DNA of 64,000 nucleotides from a virus: positions 1 through 64,000 of the IMG/VR virus record IMGVR_UViG_3300028573_000014, one strand, 5' to 3'. Below the pieces are notes generated by a model that did not search any database, had not been told where the DNA came from, and saw nothing but the letters and a program-made list of their open reading frames with translations. Shown here in pieces: positions 38,704-47,953 of this stretch (its first letter is position 1; every line of letters begins with the position of its first letter). Position numbers and translations under genes: made by a program.

Positions 38704-40049
38704 AGATTCTCCGTTTTCTTTATTTCCTGTAGCACACGTTTTTTGTCCCAGATAGGGGCAACTTTTTCAGGTTCAGTCTTCTTCCTCAACCATTCGGCAT
38801 GAGGTTCGGCCTTCAACTGTGCATCAATCTCATTGAGCACAGGGATAAAATGATCTTTCAGCACTGTCTCTACATCATAGACCAGTGCAGCCTTACGGGT
38901 ACGCTCACGCAGTTCTGGCATCTCGCCTGCCTTCCAGATGCTATAAGCGTGCGCCAGACAGTCAGCGGCATCATAAGGGTCTGCCAGCATCTGATAGCTT
39001 CGCGGAATGCGTTCTGGCTGAAAACGAATACCGCTGACTTTCCAGCCGGTCAGGTTAATCTCACTGCTAGCGGCAAAATCGATGGCGATCAGTGGACAAC
39101 CACACGCCTGCGCCTCAACATCGGTCAGGCCAAAACCTTCGCCATAGGAGAGCATCAGTTTCGCGTCCGCTGCGTTGTAAACATCGACCAGATGATCATC
39201 CGTGGGAATGCCAGTCACCATCATGTAAGTACCGAGGCTGCGCAGGCTACCATTACCATCGCCATCGACCAGAAGATGGTTCCCGCCGGGGAAGATAACC
39301 TTGTCGGCAATGCCCAGTTGAGCAGCCATCGCATCGATGGGATGGCCATGGACTCCAGAAGGGTCAGCGTGGACGTAAAGAAGCGCATCGGGATGGTCAT
39401 GCGAAAAGAGTTGGAACGCCTCGAACATTCCCGCGAAATTCTTGCGCCCACCTTCGCCATTGTTGGCTACGATAACGACCAGGAATGCATCATCGGGGAT
39501 AACCTGATCGATCAGGTTCTTGGTGAACATGTTCTTCCGCGCCTGACTTCGATCAGTGGGTTTAAACACCTCAGTCTCAATGCCGTGTGGCACATAGAGA
39601 GGCTTCAATCCAATTTCCTTCATCTGCGCTTCGCCATGTCGTGAAATAGCGATGGGCCAGCGGCAAGCATTGAACTGAGCACGCTCGTTTTGCAGAATAG
39701 GTTCACAATCTACCGGACACCAGGCTGCCCACGGGAGCGGCATCCACAGGTCTGGACGCATCGCAAAAATGTCAATGAGCGACCAGATTACACTGGTGCG
39801 TTGATGGTTCGGAAAGTATGTCTGGGCGTACAGATAGTGACCGTAGATCACGTCATTGCCGTGCTGTTCTTTGACACGTGGCAAATGCACAATGCCTGCT
39901 GCATCAGCCAGCGGAGATCCTTCCAGGCCACGATAAGCGCTGACGACTACACCATAGCCTGCTTCTTTAAGACGGTGAGTCCAGATGCGCGATTGTGTGC
40001 CGTACCCGCTGGGCATCCAGGTTGCGTTAGAGTGCCAGAGTATATTCAC
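38700..40049 (-). CDS. GT4-family glycosyltransferase
   Basis: SGYGTQ, VPHGIETEVFKP, RKNF, YNAAD, GEGFGL..VEAQACGCP. Confidence 0.92.
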   Translation of the reverse strand: MNILWHSNATWMPSGYGTQSRIWTHRLKEAGYGVVVSAYRGLEGSPLADAAGIVHLPRVKEQHGNDVIYGHYLYAQTYFPNHQRTSVIWSLIDIFAMRPDLWMPLPWAAWCPVDCEPILQNERAQFNACRWPIAISRHGEAQMKEIGLKPLYVPHGIETEVFKPTDRSQARKNMFTKNLIDQVIPDDAFLVVIVANNGEGGRKNFAGMFEAFQLFSHDHPDALLYVHADPSGVHGHPIDAMAAQLGIADKVIFPGGNHLLVDGDGNGSLRSLGTYMMVTGIPTDDHLVDVYNAADAKLMLSYGEGFGLTDVEAQACGCPLIAIDFAASSEINLTGWKVSGIRFQPERIPRSYQMLADPYDAADCLAHAYSIWKAGEMPELRERTRKAALVYDVETVLKDHFIPVLNEIDAQLKAEPHAEWLRKKTEPEKVAPIWDKKRVLQEIKKTENL

Positions 40050-40501
40050 GATTCGTCCTTTACTACATAAATAGTCCGCTGATCTTCCCAGACCACGCGG
40101 CAACTGAACGGACCTATAGTCATAAATCCACCGAACTTGTGGGTTTCAAACGAGTCTGCCAAAAGCTCTTTAGCAACCCCCACAATTTCTTTATTCCCCC
40201 ACATATACTGATAAGTGATCATGTTGTTCGTCATGTCTTTCTCACGAACGACTGTAATAACGCCTGTATCTGTCGGTCTCGGATACGACCTTATCAGTTC
40301 ATCGATCTTCTTATAACCAGCGTCGGATAAGCCGCGCAGGAATTTCTGCGTTCCGATGGATCTTGTCCATACATAGGGACTATCTAGCAATTCAGTATAT
40401 TCGGCATCAGTGATGACCTGAACGAAATTATCATTCGGGTGTTTCCCAGCCCTCTCTAGCCAGGGCAGTATTCTGAGCAGGTCGAGATCACTTAGGGGCA
40501 T
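40046..40501 (-). CDS. Hypothetical protein
   Basis: Coupled ORF. Confidence 0.55.
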   Translation of the reverse strand: MPLSDLDLLRILPWLERAGKHPNDNFVQVITDAEYTELLDSPYVWTRSIGTQKFLRGLSDAGYKKIDELIRSYPRPTDTGVITVVREKDMTNNMITYQYMWGNKEIVGVAKELLADSFETHKFGGFMTIGPFSCRVVWEDQRTIYVVKDES

Positions 40502-41019
40502 TATTTTCTCTTCTTTCTGGACTTCCGTTCAAAATCGCCAGTTTCAATGAGAGCAAGCACTTCGCTGCGTCTGACATAAGTCGAGTGATAAATGCGACCA
40601 GTCTGTTTGTATCTGGCAGCGATAACATTTGGATTGAAATAACTATGCAAATATTCATATTCTATAAGTCGAGCGACTTTGCGCAGTTGCAAATTCCCTG
40701 CCGATCCCCAGAACAACCGGGCAGCCTGACTGGGCGTGAGCGCTTCTTCGCTGTACAACTTCCACTGCGCCCAAGCAACCTTACGTCCACCTTTTGTCTC
40801 CCATAACCACGGGGAGATTTTGAGCGCAGGGAATGGACACAGCGCTTTGACCACATGCTTGACTGCATCCTCCAGAACCGATGGTTCTGCCGTGCATTCT
40901 TCTACAATGTCGATGTATTTTTGCTTGCAATGCTTCTGGCAAAGTTCAGTGAGCGATGCAGTCCAGACATTCTTAGCCTGCTTGCGAACCCTTTTAAGGA
41001 CTACGGGATCAACGTTCAT
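40501..41019 (-). CDS. Putative DNA-binding protein (excisionase/MerR-like HTH at C-terminus)
   Basis: LTPSQAARL...VARLIE...YVRRSEVLAL. Confidence 0.55.
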   Translation of the reverse strand: MNVDPVVLKRVRKQAKNVWTASLTELCQKHCKQKYIDIVEECTAEPSVLEDAVKHVVKALCPFPALKISPWLWETKGGRKVAWAQWKLYSEEALTPSQAARLFWGSAGNLQLRKVARLIEYEYLHSYFNPNVIAARYKQTGRIYHSTYVRRSEVLALIETGDFERKSRKKRK

Positions 41020-41323
41020 AGGATTCCAGCCTTTTGATAAGCGCTGACAGGTCTCGGCCTTCTATTTCCCAGTAACGGAAGAAGTCGGCATGGAAGAAAA
41101 TCTCTTTCGTCATTTCTGCTATCAGGAGAAAGCCACCAGCGCCAGCATCATTCGCAAAAAACTGTTTCATCCGCGCCTGCACGTCTGCGGCAATGTCTGT
41201 TGCTGAGGATGCGTTTATAGTGACAGTGAGTTTCGACTCGCGCATTTCACGCGGAGTGATTGTGCCTTCAGGCCAGCTTTCAGAATGTCCGTTTACATTG
41301 ATCATTTTACGGCTCATTGTCAT
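41009..41323 (-). CDS. Hypothetical protein with capsid N-arm-like peptide
   Basis: AGAGGFLLIAEMTKEIF. Confidence 0.5.
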   Translation of the reverse strand: MTMSRKMINVNGHSESWPEGTITPREMRESKLTVTINASSATDIAADVQARMKQFFANDAGAGGFLLIAEMTKEIFFHADFFRYWEIEGRDLSALIKRLESYER

Positions 41324-41449
41324 CCCAATCTTCTGGTTTCTCCGCAGTCCACAACGGCGTTTTCTCCTTCGGTGGCGCTGAGGGATAAGGGACCGTGCGA
41401 AAGTGATTGCGCAGCTCTGGATAGTTGCGTCGGTGCGCCATCTTCTTTC

Positions 41450-41752
41450 TCATCTTTTTGGTTTTGTAGTGTCGTTTGACCATATCTTCAGCCCTTCGTA
41501 CATAGCTCTGGCCTGCGCAATGCCCGCCTCTGGCAATACACCTGCTTCAAATGCTCTGAATGAACCGACTGGAATGCGAAGCGTACCAACGATGAGTTCC
41601 ACATGATTCCACCAGAGACTGTGTGTAGCAGTATCCATTTTCTCAGTGATCTGTATCTGGGCATCTTCGAGATTGATCACCGTGATTAGAGGATGCTCAT
41701 TGTTCTCCCATGCCGTTTTTGTCCATAACTGCCAGATGTCACTCAGGTTCAT
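41450..41752 (-). CDS. Hypothetical protein
   Basis: ORF on the coding strand of the operon. Confidence 0.5.
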   Translation of the reverse strand: MNLSDIWQLWTKTAWENNEHPLITVINLEDAQIQITEKMDTATHSLWWNHVELIVGTLRIPVGSFRAFEAGVLPEAGIAQARAMYEGLKIWSNDTTKPKR

Positions 41753-41882
41753 TGTGGTTTAATCCGACTGATCACTGCACGAATAGCAGACTTCCCGCCC
41801 TCAAACGCTCCGATGAGCCACACGCGATAGCCAATTATTACAACCGCAGCGATAATTAGCGGGATGTAAATGCATAGGTCGC

Positions 41883-42338
41883 TCATTGAGTAGCCTTCCA
41901 TTTACCGAAACGCATCATCAATGCATCGACCAGTTGGTACAGATCGAAGAAAACATACTGAAGATATCTCTCTGCTGAGATTTCCAGATTGCGCCGTCGG
42001 TAGAACTGGCTACCGGCACCAACAATTAACTTCCCAGACTTCCAGTACAAACCCGCCTCAAAAAAGCTGATCGGCGCTTTCGATGAGGATGGCAACCACA
42101 TAAAGATAAGGTCAGCCTTCTCCAGTGCGTCCAGTTCCCAGTGAATTTGCCCGTCTAGCGTATCTGGCGTGAATGCTGCTCGACGGGGATTGATCAGCAC
42201 CAGATCGTCGTAGTCCTTCAATGTCTCAATAACTTTTGCCTGCCAGTCTTCGGCAGCACCCATATCAATTGCGCCTGCCAGAAAGACGCGATAACCAGGA
42301 ACATCGACAGACTCAGGGGCAGTAATTACAGTGGTCAC
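41883..42338 (-). CDS. Nucleoside 2-deoxyribosyltransferase-like protein
   Basis: VFLAGAI, DWQ, NPRR, QIHWE..ALEKAD, PISFFEAG. Confidence 0.85.
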   Translation of the reverse strand: MTTVITAPESVDVPGYRVFLAGAIDMGAAEDWQAKVIETLKDYDDLVLINPRRAAFTPDTLDGQIHWELDALEKADLIFMWLPSSSKAPISFFEAGLYWKSGKLIVGAGSQFYRRRNLEISAERYLQYVFFDLYQLVDALMMRFGKWKATQ

Positions 42339-42772
42339 AGGTCAATCTTTCTGGCATTCACAATCGCTCTGAAGAAACGCTGTCGCATCTCTTCTTCGGA
42401 AAGTTCTTCAATCTTCTCAATCTCCGGCGGACCAACGGTCACTGCCCCGTCTTTCAGGGTAACAGTATTGACAACCGTCTTGTCCTCATACTCGCCACCG
42501 CAATGCACTTTGAGTGAGAGAGAAGGGCACGCTGCGCCCAATTTGAGCAACGTTTTAGCCACACTCTCTACGGTATAATTGCGCTCAGCCAGATTGCCAC
42601 GCGCATTGATCTTCGCAGCAGGCCAGTCGCCCAGACCGCCAAGCCCATCGGTTACAGACAGACAGTGGAAATGCTTGTAGTCTTCGCCTGGATCGCACTC
42701 ATGGCGAAGATCGCGCACCTCGGATTCGGCACAATCCCCGATAATTTGAACAGACATCCAATCGCCCATCAT
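42335..42772 (-). CDS. Hypothetical protein
   Basis: Coupled ORF. Confidence 0.55.
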   Translation of the reverse strand: MMGDWMSVQIIGDCAESEVRDLRHECDPGEDYKHFHCLSVTDGLGGLGDWPAAKINARGNLAERNYTVESVAKTLLKLGAACPSLSLKVHCGGEYEDKTVVNTVTLKDGAVTVGPPEIEKIEELSEEEMRQRFFRAIVNARKIDL

Positions 42773-43405
42773 CTACTCCTTCACCGGCCACGGCAAACCA
42801 AAGTCTCGGCGCTTGATCTTCGCCATTCTGCCATCGGGATGATGCCAGACAATGCCTTCGATGGCATGGGGAATTTCGAGGTCCCTATCCCACAGCGCAT
42901 CATGCGCCACAAAGCTACCTCTTGAAAGATAGGCGATCAGCCCGATGTAATCACGCGGAGCATCGAGCAATTGAGTCTCGCCATGCCGATAGAGACCATG
43001 CGTGTGAAGCCGATAGATGTTCCCCTGCACCTTTGGTCCCACCAGTTCGTAAGTGCCATCGAGAATTGGACGATCCGTCATTTTCGTCCAGCCCTCATAG
43101 TTCTCCATTGCTTCCCGATGCCACTTATCTTCAGGACCATCAGTAACTCGCACCCAACCGGGAACATCCCCCGTTACAGGATCGGGACCCTGCGCAGGAA
43201 TAAAGTCTTTCGGGACAGGTCTGCCATTTTTGAGTTCATAACGCTTGAACATAACGCCGTTCTGGATGAGGCAGCATGTGCCATCCGTTTTCTCTGTGGC
43301 AACGCCTTCGCCTGCTAGCACCCACTCGCAGCCTGCTGCAACCTCGTCACGAACCTGACGATCAGTCTCGTAATTCCGCTCAAAGAGCGTTGGAATTTTC
43401 TTCAT
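42773..43405 (-). CDS. RNA-ligase-like nucleotidyltransferase
   Basis: TEKTDGT motif I, TYELVGPKVQGN, IEGIVW, MAKIKRRDF. Confidence 0.8.
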   Translation of the reverse strand: MKKIPTLFERNYETDRQVRDEVAAGCEWVLAGEGVATEKTDGTCCLIQNGVMFKRYELKNGRPVPKDFIPAQGPDPVTGDVPGWVRVTDGPEDKWHREAMENYEGWTKMTDRPILDGTYELVGPKVQGNIYRLHTHGLYRHGETQLLDAPRDYIGLIAYLSRGSFVAHDALWDRDLEIPHAIEGIVWHHPDGRMAKIKRRDFGLPWPVKE

Positions 43406-44109
43406 TTCGCATACCTACCATACCCAGTATCTCCACCAGGCCACGCGCTGGGCAACTGCGGATTAACAATGCCGTTCTCCAGCAGCCACGCCATCGACCT
43501 GTACTGAATCTCGACCATTGCGGCAGGAAACACATTGGCCCGCTCGAATACAGTGTGCCCCACGGAATCATGTCGCGTTTCGCCCATGCCAGTGCCAAGA
43601 TCGGCAGTCCGACTCATGTCACCAGTCAGACTTTTCACAGTCATTTCAGACCGAAAGGCGCTGTCCATAACAGATTGACCAGATGCCCTTGAGTACGAGG
43701 CTGAAGCACGGTAAACAGGCGCTTTCTCAGTGAAGATCGCCACGCCGATCACGCCAACATTTTCTGCACTGCCCGTGGCCTGCGCAGCAATGGAAGACGC
43801 TGGGTCGGAGAACACAAAATCACGGGTTGTATTGTCATCGATGCGCCAGCCGTGATTTGTCCATTCTCCGGTGATGATCATGCCCTTATTACTGAGCAAA
43901 GCTAACTGGTCCCGCAGCACATCCCGACCATCCACGCTTTCCAACACTTCGATGCGTCCACTTACCCGATGGCGCACCACAATGGCGTAGGCTTTGCCCG
44001 GTTCTCCAGCAATCCAGTTCCGCCCGTTCTTCTCGTAGATGGGCAGCGGCAGACCATCTACTGCAATGGCAATATCGACACCGCCTGGTAACACAATCAA
44101 GTTTCTCAA
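43402..44109 (-). CDS. Conserved hypothetical protein
   Basis: SVDGRDV, GWR, NVGVIGVAIF, LGTGMG pattern. Confidence 0.6.
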   Translation of the reverse strand: MRNLIVLPGGVDIAIAVDGLPLPIYEKNGRNWIAGEPGKAYAIVVRHRVSGRIEVLESVDGRDVLRDQLALLSNKGMIITGEWTNHGWRIDDNTTRDFVFSDPASSIAAQATGSAENVGVIGVAIFTEKAPVYRASASYSRASGQSVMDSAFRSEMTVKSLTGDMSRTADLGTGMGETRHDSVGHTVFERANVFPAAMVEIQYRSMAWLLENGIVNPQLPSAWPGGDTGYGRYAK

Positions 44110-44118
44110 TTCAGCCTC

Positions 44119-44883
44119 CTATTCGTTATCGTACCGATGATGTTTGTTGTGTAGTTCAGCGAGCTTGTCCATCCAGACTTTGGCTGGAACACTCTCGTAA
44201 CACACCTTGCATAGAAAATCAGGCGGATCGCCTTCCTGCACTTGAATGAGATCCACCGTGCGCTTTTCATGACACAGATTGCAGGTGAAGGTGTCCAACC
44301 CCTGCTCCGCGCATACATCGCAGATATAGCCATCCTTCGAGACTGACCATGCGCCAACCTTGTGGATGCCAGCACGCGCCATCTGCGCTTTCTGGTCAAG
44401 TTTATTCCACACAGGCCAATGTCCATGCCATTCGCTCAGCATCGGCATCATCGGATTGCCACAGATGGGACATTTCTTTATCTCTAGCGCAAAATCCATG
44501 TAGATTTTGCTGCCAGACTCGTTAGGCTTCAGGTTATGTGGCGTGAACTCTGCAATGTCGATCTTCAAGTCTTCTCGATGGCGCACTCCTTCATAGATCA
44601 AATTCTTCAACTGTCCCTTCAGGTCGCCAAGTTCAGGCTCAGTCGAGAAGCCCGTAAAGTGCGACAGATACAGGACAACTCTCGATGGATAACTAACCGT
44701 GTTGGCTATCACTTCTGAGATTTTTCGAGTAAGTTCTATATCCACATCGCTTTTGAAGGCCAGGATAGTCTCCTTATCGCTCAGAGAGATAATCGTCAAC
44801 TCATCGGAGTTCACAATGCTGGGCGACTCTAGCGCCGTCACTGGCAGTTGCACATTGATAGATTTAACGGTCATGAGGATCAC
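44119..44883 (-). CDS. Zn-finger-containing hypothetical protein
   Basis: Four CxxC pairs. Confidence 0.6.
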   Translation of the reverse strand: MILMTVKSINVQLPVTALESPSIVNSDELTIISLSDKETILAFKSDVDIELTRKISEVIANTVSYPSRVVLYLSHFTGFSTEPELGDLKGQLKNLIYEGVRHREDLKIDIAEFTPHNLKPNESGSKIYMDFALEIKKCPICGNPMMPMLSEWHGHWPVWNKLDQKAQMARAGIHKVGAWSVSKDGYICDVCAEQGLDTFTCNLCHEKRTVDLIQVQEGDPPDFLCKVCYESVPAKVWMDKLAELHNKHHRYDNE

Positions 44884-45094
44884 GCTTCATTTCTACCAGT
44901 CCACCTGGCGCATCCTTGCCGTCCCACGTCTTTGTGTGATCTACCCTGTCGCGCATGATATAACTGCCATCGGGCAGGAGCGTCACCGTATAATGTTTGT
45001 GGCATTCTGAGCAGAACACATCGAAACTGTCAGCATTGTCACCAAAAACCCATCGACCCCTGTGACCTGCTGGACACTTAAGATTAATTTCCAT
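44864..45094 (-). CDS. Small Zn-ribbon protein
   Basis: CPAGH...CSECH. Confidence 0.5.
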   Translation of the reverse strand: MEINLKCPAGHRGRWVFGDNADSFDVFCSECHKHYTVTLLPDGSYIMRDRVDHTKTWDGKDAPGGLVEMKRDPHDR

Positions 45095-45272
45095 TTTTCA
45101 CCTCGGCCTGTGGGGGCAGCGCTGCGATCAACGTTGTGCGTATCCAGTCGGCAGCCGTGCCCTTCTCGGTCAGCTTCTGGTAATAGGTCCACAGCAATTT
45201 TTGCTGGGCATTATCCATGTCCAGCGTTACTGGCTGAAGGCGCTGCACATTGACCAGTTTTTTACGTGACAT
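45084..45272 (-). CDS. Small RHH/ParR-like protein
   Basis: Paralogue of 53746..54048 (W..TLIAALP.Q). Confidence 0.5.
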   Translation of the reverse strand: MSRKKLVNVQRLQPVTLDMDNAQQKLLWTYYQKLTEKGTAADWIRTTLIAALPPQAEVKNGN

Positions 45273-45273
45273 G

Positions 45274-45480
45274 TTACTCAGATTCTGGAGTAATTTGATA
45301 CCAGGCGATTGAATTGCTCCGCACAACTAGAACCCCCAGCGCTCCTGTTACACGCAGAATATCCGCGTCCTCGGAGAATTCACCCTCAAACTCTTCTCGC
45401 CCCTCGTCACTAACCGAGTGCATTTCCAATAGCTGCCCATCGTGCAGCTTAATCTTTATTGTAAATGTCGGGTTTTCCAT
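45274..45480 (-). CDS. Hypothetical protein
   Basis: Tightly packed ORF with SD. Confidence 0.5.
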   Translation of the reverse strand: MENPTFTIKIKLHDGQLLEMHSVSDEGREEFEGEFSEDADILRVTGALGVLVVRSNSIAWYQITPESE

Positions 45481-45481
45481 G

Positions 45482-45769
45482 TTATTCCCCTTTTCTCATT
45501 TTATCTGCCACGTCTTTTGAAGATGTGACCACGCGGGCTGTAGATCCACGCTGAATAAGCGCACCAATGGCAGCATCGAAAGCTGAAGCAAAAGAAGTGT
45601 GATGCTCAATATCCCGTCCAGCCTCCAGAATGTGCCAGAGGCCATCCTTGCCTTCCAGCATCACCAGCGCATGGGCGTGCAATCGTCTGTTGAGAATCTT
45701 TACCGCCTCGCGCATATGAGTGCCGTCGGCAAGCATTCCACGAATAATTTCTTCAGTTGATTCGTTCAT
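45482..45769 (-). CDS. Hypothetical protein
   Basis: ATGA-coupled to thyX. Confidence 0.5.
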   Translation of the reverse strand: MNESTEEIIRGMLADGTHMREAVKILNRRLHAHALVMLEGKDGLWHILEAGRDIEHHTSFASAFDAAIGALIQRGSTARVVTSSKDVADKMRKGE

Positions 45770-46533
45770 TTTATTTCCTCAAATGCTTCGGCAGTCCAGG
45801 GGAGGACCACTTTGAAAAAGTTATCGTAAATCACCTGAGCATAGACGCGAATTTCATACTGGGCATCGCTGGCCATGCGCAAGCGCAGGAAGTTCATCAG
45901 ATTGTGAGCATCGATCTTAATCACGCCCGTGTAGTAGACTGCAAATCCGGGCAGGAACAACCGTGCAATCTCCCGTGCCACGCCCTTCTTCAGCGCTGCC
46001 TCATACAACTCATACGAGTGCGCGTAGTGGGCAATAAGGGCTGCTGTGGTCTCATTGCCCACAGCCTCGTCCAGTTCGCCTTCACTGGCCTGTTTGTTGT
46101 TCTTAGCCTGCTGCCGCCAGACATCCGGCACATAGAAGTCGTTTTCCTCAAAGGGGGTATAGCGGCCCGATTGCAGGTTAATATTAAAAGTCCGGTGTCG
46201 GACCAGTTGCCACCATGTTACCAGTGGGGCACGCAGCCTGAACTTGAACTCGACCATCTCAAAGGGACTGGTGTGATGATTGCGCAGCAGGTAGAAGAGT
46301 AACTTCTTGTCGGACTCTGCGCCCTTGCTCTGTCCGAGGAAGGAAACGCGAGCTGCATTGACAATGGCGAGATCATTGCCCATGACAGATTGCAGTTCCA
46401 CGAAGCCTTTGTCGAGCACAGGAATAGTATTGCCGATAGGAGCCTGCGCTTTGGGATGTCGTTCACGCAATTCTTCCCATAAATTGTTATCTATCAACTC
46501 GTCATCAGTTAATTTGTCGTTACCCTTTTGCAT
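45766..46533 (-). CDS. thyX: FAD-dependent thymidylate synthase
   Basis: AARVS, HTSPFE, RHRTFNINLQSGRY, EIARLFLP, FLRLR..AQYEIR. Confidence 0.95.
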   Translation of the reverse strand: MQKGNDKLTDDELIDNNLWEELRERHPKAQAPIGNTIPVLDKGFVELQSVMGNDLAIVNAARVSFLGQSKGAESDKKLLFYLLRNHHTSPFEMVEFKFRLRAPLVTWWQLVRHRTFNINLQSGRYTPFEENDFYVPDVWRQQAKNNKQASEGELDEAVGNETTAALIAHYAHSYELYEAALKKGVAREIARLFLPGFAVYYTGVIKIDAHNLMNFLRLRMASDAQYEIRVYAQVIYDNFFKVVLPWTAEAFEEIK

Positions 46534-46723
46534 CCCACACCTTTGCTCTCAAGTCTTTGATATAAGCCTGCGCCCACAACGGCAATTCCGACATTTTGCC
46601 TATAAGCGCTCCGTCCACAAACAGTATATTTTCGTCTTCAATGTAGGCTGTACGTTCATGCTTTAGTCGATCATACTCGGATAGAGCACGCACTTCGTCT
46701 ATCAAGTCCTGCATTTTACTCAT
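46520..46723 (-). CDS. Hypothetical protein, paralogue of 46943..47149
   Basis: Shared LPLWAQAYIKD.RAK.WDA. Confidence 0.7.
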   Translation of the reverse strand: MSKMQDLIDEVRALSEYDRLKHERTAYIEDENILFVDGALIGKMSELPLWAQAYIKDLRAKVWDAKG

Positions 46724-46953
46724 CGATCTCCGCCATTCTTTTTCTTCTCCTTATCCTCATCTCCTGGACCTGGACCAGCGCCCGCGATAATCCCAAATCC
46801 CACAATAGCAATGAAAACAGCCAAGACAGCGATAAGCACTTTCTCTGGATCTAAAAACAAAGAAAAGAACAGGAAAGCGGCAAAGTGCATTGCGATTAGT
46901 CCTACGAGTACTTGTTTGTCCTCGGCATCCATTTTTATAAACTTATCTATCAT
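46720..46953 (-). CDS. Small membrane protein
   Basis: Two TM segments. Confidence 0.6.
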   Translation of the reverse strand: MIDKFIKMDAEDKQVLVGLIAMHFAAFLFFSLFLDPEKVLIAVLAVFIAIVGFGIIAGAGPGPGDEDKEKKKNGGDR

Positions 46954-47149
46954 TTCTTGCGTCCCATAATTTGGCTCTCATGTCCTTGATGTAAGCCTGC
47001 GCCCATAGTGGCAAGTCCGCCAATTTACCGACAATAGCGCCTGTGAGGCATATAAAATCATCGTTAATATAGGCTTCGCGTTCACGCGCCAGCCGATCCC
47101 TTTCGGCAAGGTCCTTTATCTCATCGATGGCATCCTGTAGGGTGCTCAT
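46943..47149 (-). CDS. Hypothetical protein, paralogue of 46520..46723
   Basis: Shared motif along the full length. Confidence 0.7.
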   Translation of the reverse strand: MSTLQDAIDEIKDLAERDRLAREREAYINDDFICLTGAIVGKLADLPLWAQAYIKDMRAKLWDARNDR

Positions 47150-47589
47150 TACTGATCTTCGCCCATATAGTTGTCCATCAATCGTTCGACTTTTCCCTTT
47201 AATTTCACATTATCGGCTTCTAGGGCTTCAATCCGTCGGAGCGCAGCCACCAGATTGGCGACCAGAAACACACCCCAGTGATTATTGGTATCCAACGTCG
47301 CAGGAAGATCAGGCAACTTGTAGCCATAATCGGTAGAGAGCACGTATAGGGGCGATGAGGTGAGGCGATTCAGATTGTCGAGTGCTTTCGCTACCAGTTG
47401 GTCATCAGCCTTACGGGATAGGTCGGAGAGGATTACGCGCGCTTTCACTGTTTGTTGCACGCGAAACTCGAACTCTTCCATCGATGCTGACATTTCCCAT
47501 AGCTGGTTGATGGTAGACAGATACAGGATGGCACTCATATCGTGCGCGGAGGCATAATTCATTGCTTCGATTGGAGCAGGAGATTGCAT
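47149..47589 (-). CDS. Hypothetical coiled-coil protein
   Basis: GAGGT SD; C-terminal heptads. Confidence 0.6.
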   Translation of the reverse strand: MQSPAPIEAMNYASAHDMSAILYLSTINQLWEMSASMEEFEFRVQQTVKARVILSDLSRKADDQLVAKALDNLNRLTSSPLYVLSTDYGYKLPDLPATLDTNNHWGVFLVANLVAALRRIEALEADNVKLKGKVERLMDNYMGEDQ

Positions 47590-47953
47590 TTGTTACCTCG
47601 TAATAGCGCAGGTCATGGTAAATCCGGCTTTTGTCTGCTAAGTTAAAAGGGGCATGACCTACGCCACGATCTATCCTATCAGAACTCCTGTTCGGAGTGC
47701 ATTGAGGTTACGTTAAGGTTTCATGCGTTGCGCATGTATTATTCATGCATTGGATACATAGCGAAGCTATTTCAAAAAACGCGCAAGCATATTGGCGACT
47801 TGCCCCAGCAGCCCGACCACAACAAGATCGATTCCGATAATAGCCAATAACATAGCTGGGAAGGGTAGCGGATGAAATATAATCAAAACAAACACACAGC
47901 CTGCATCGAACAGTGAGAGCGAAAGTAGAAAGTGCCCAGTTAAGCGTGTGTCG

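Noticed and set aside
38799-39644. 281-aa plus-strand ORF
   Set aside because: Shadow of the GT4 gene
40046-40501. Possible fragment of another capsid family (LERAGKHPNDNFVQVITDAEYTELL)
   Set aside because: No match to this phage's own MCP; resemblance too vague without a profile search
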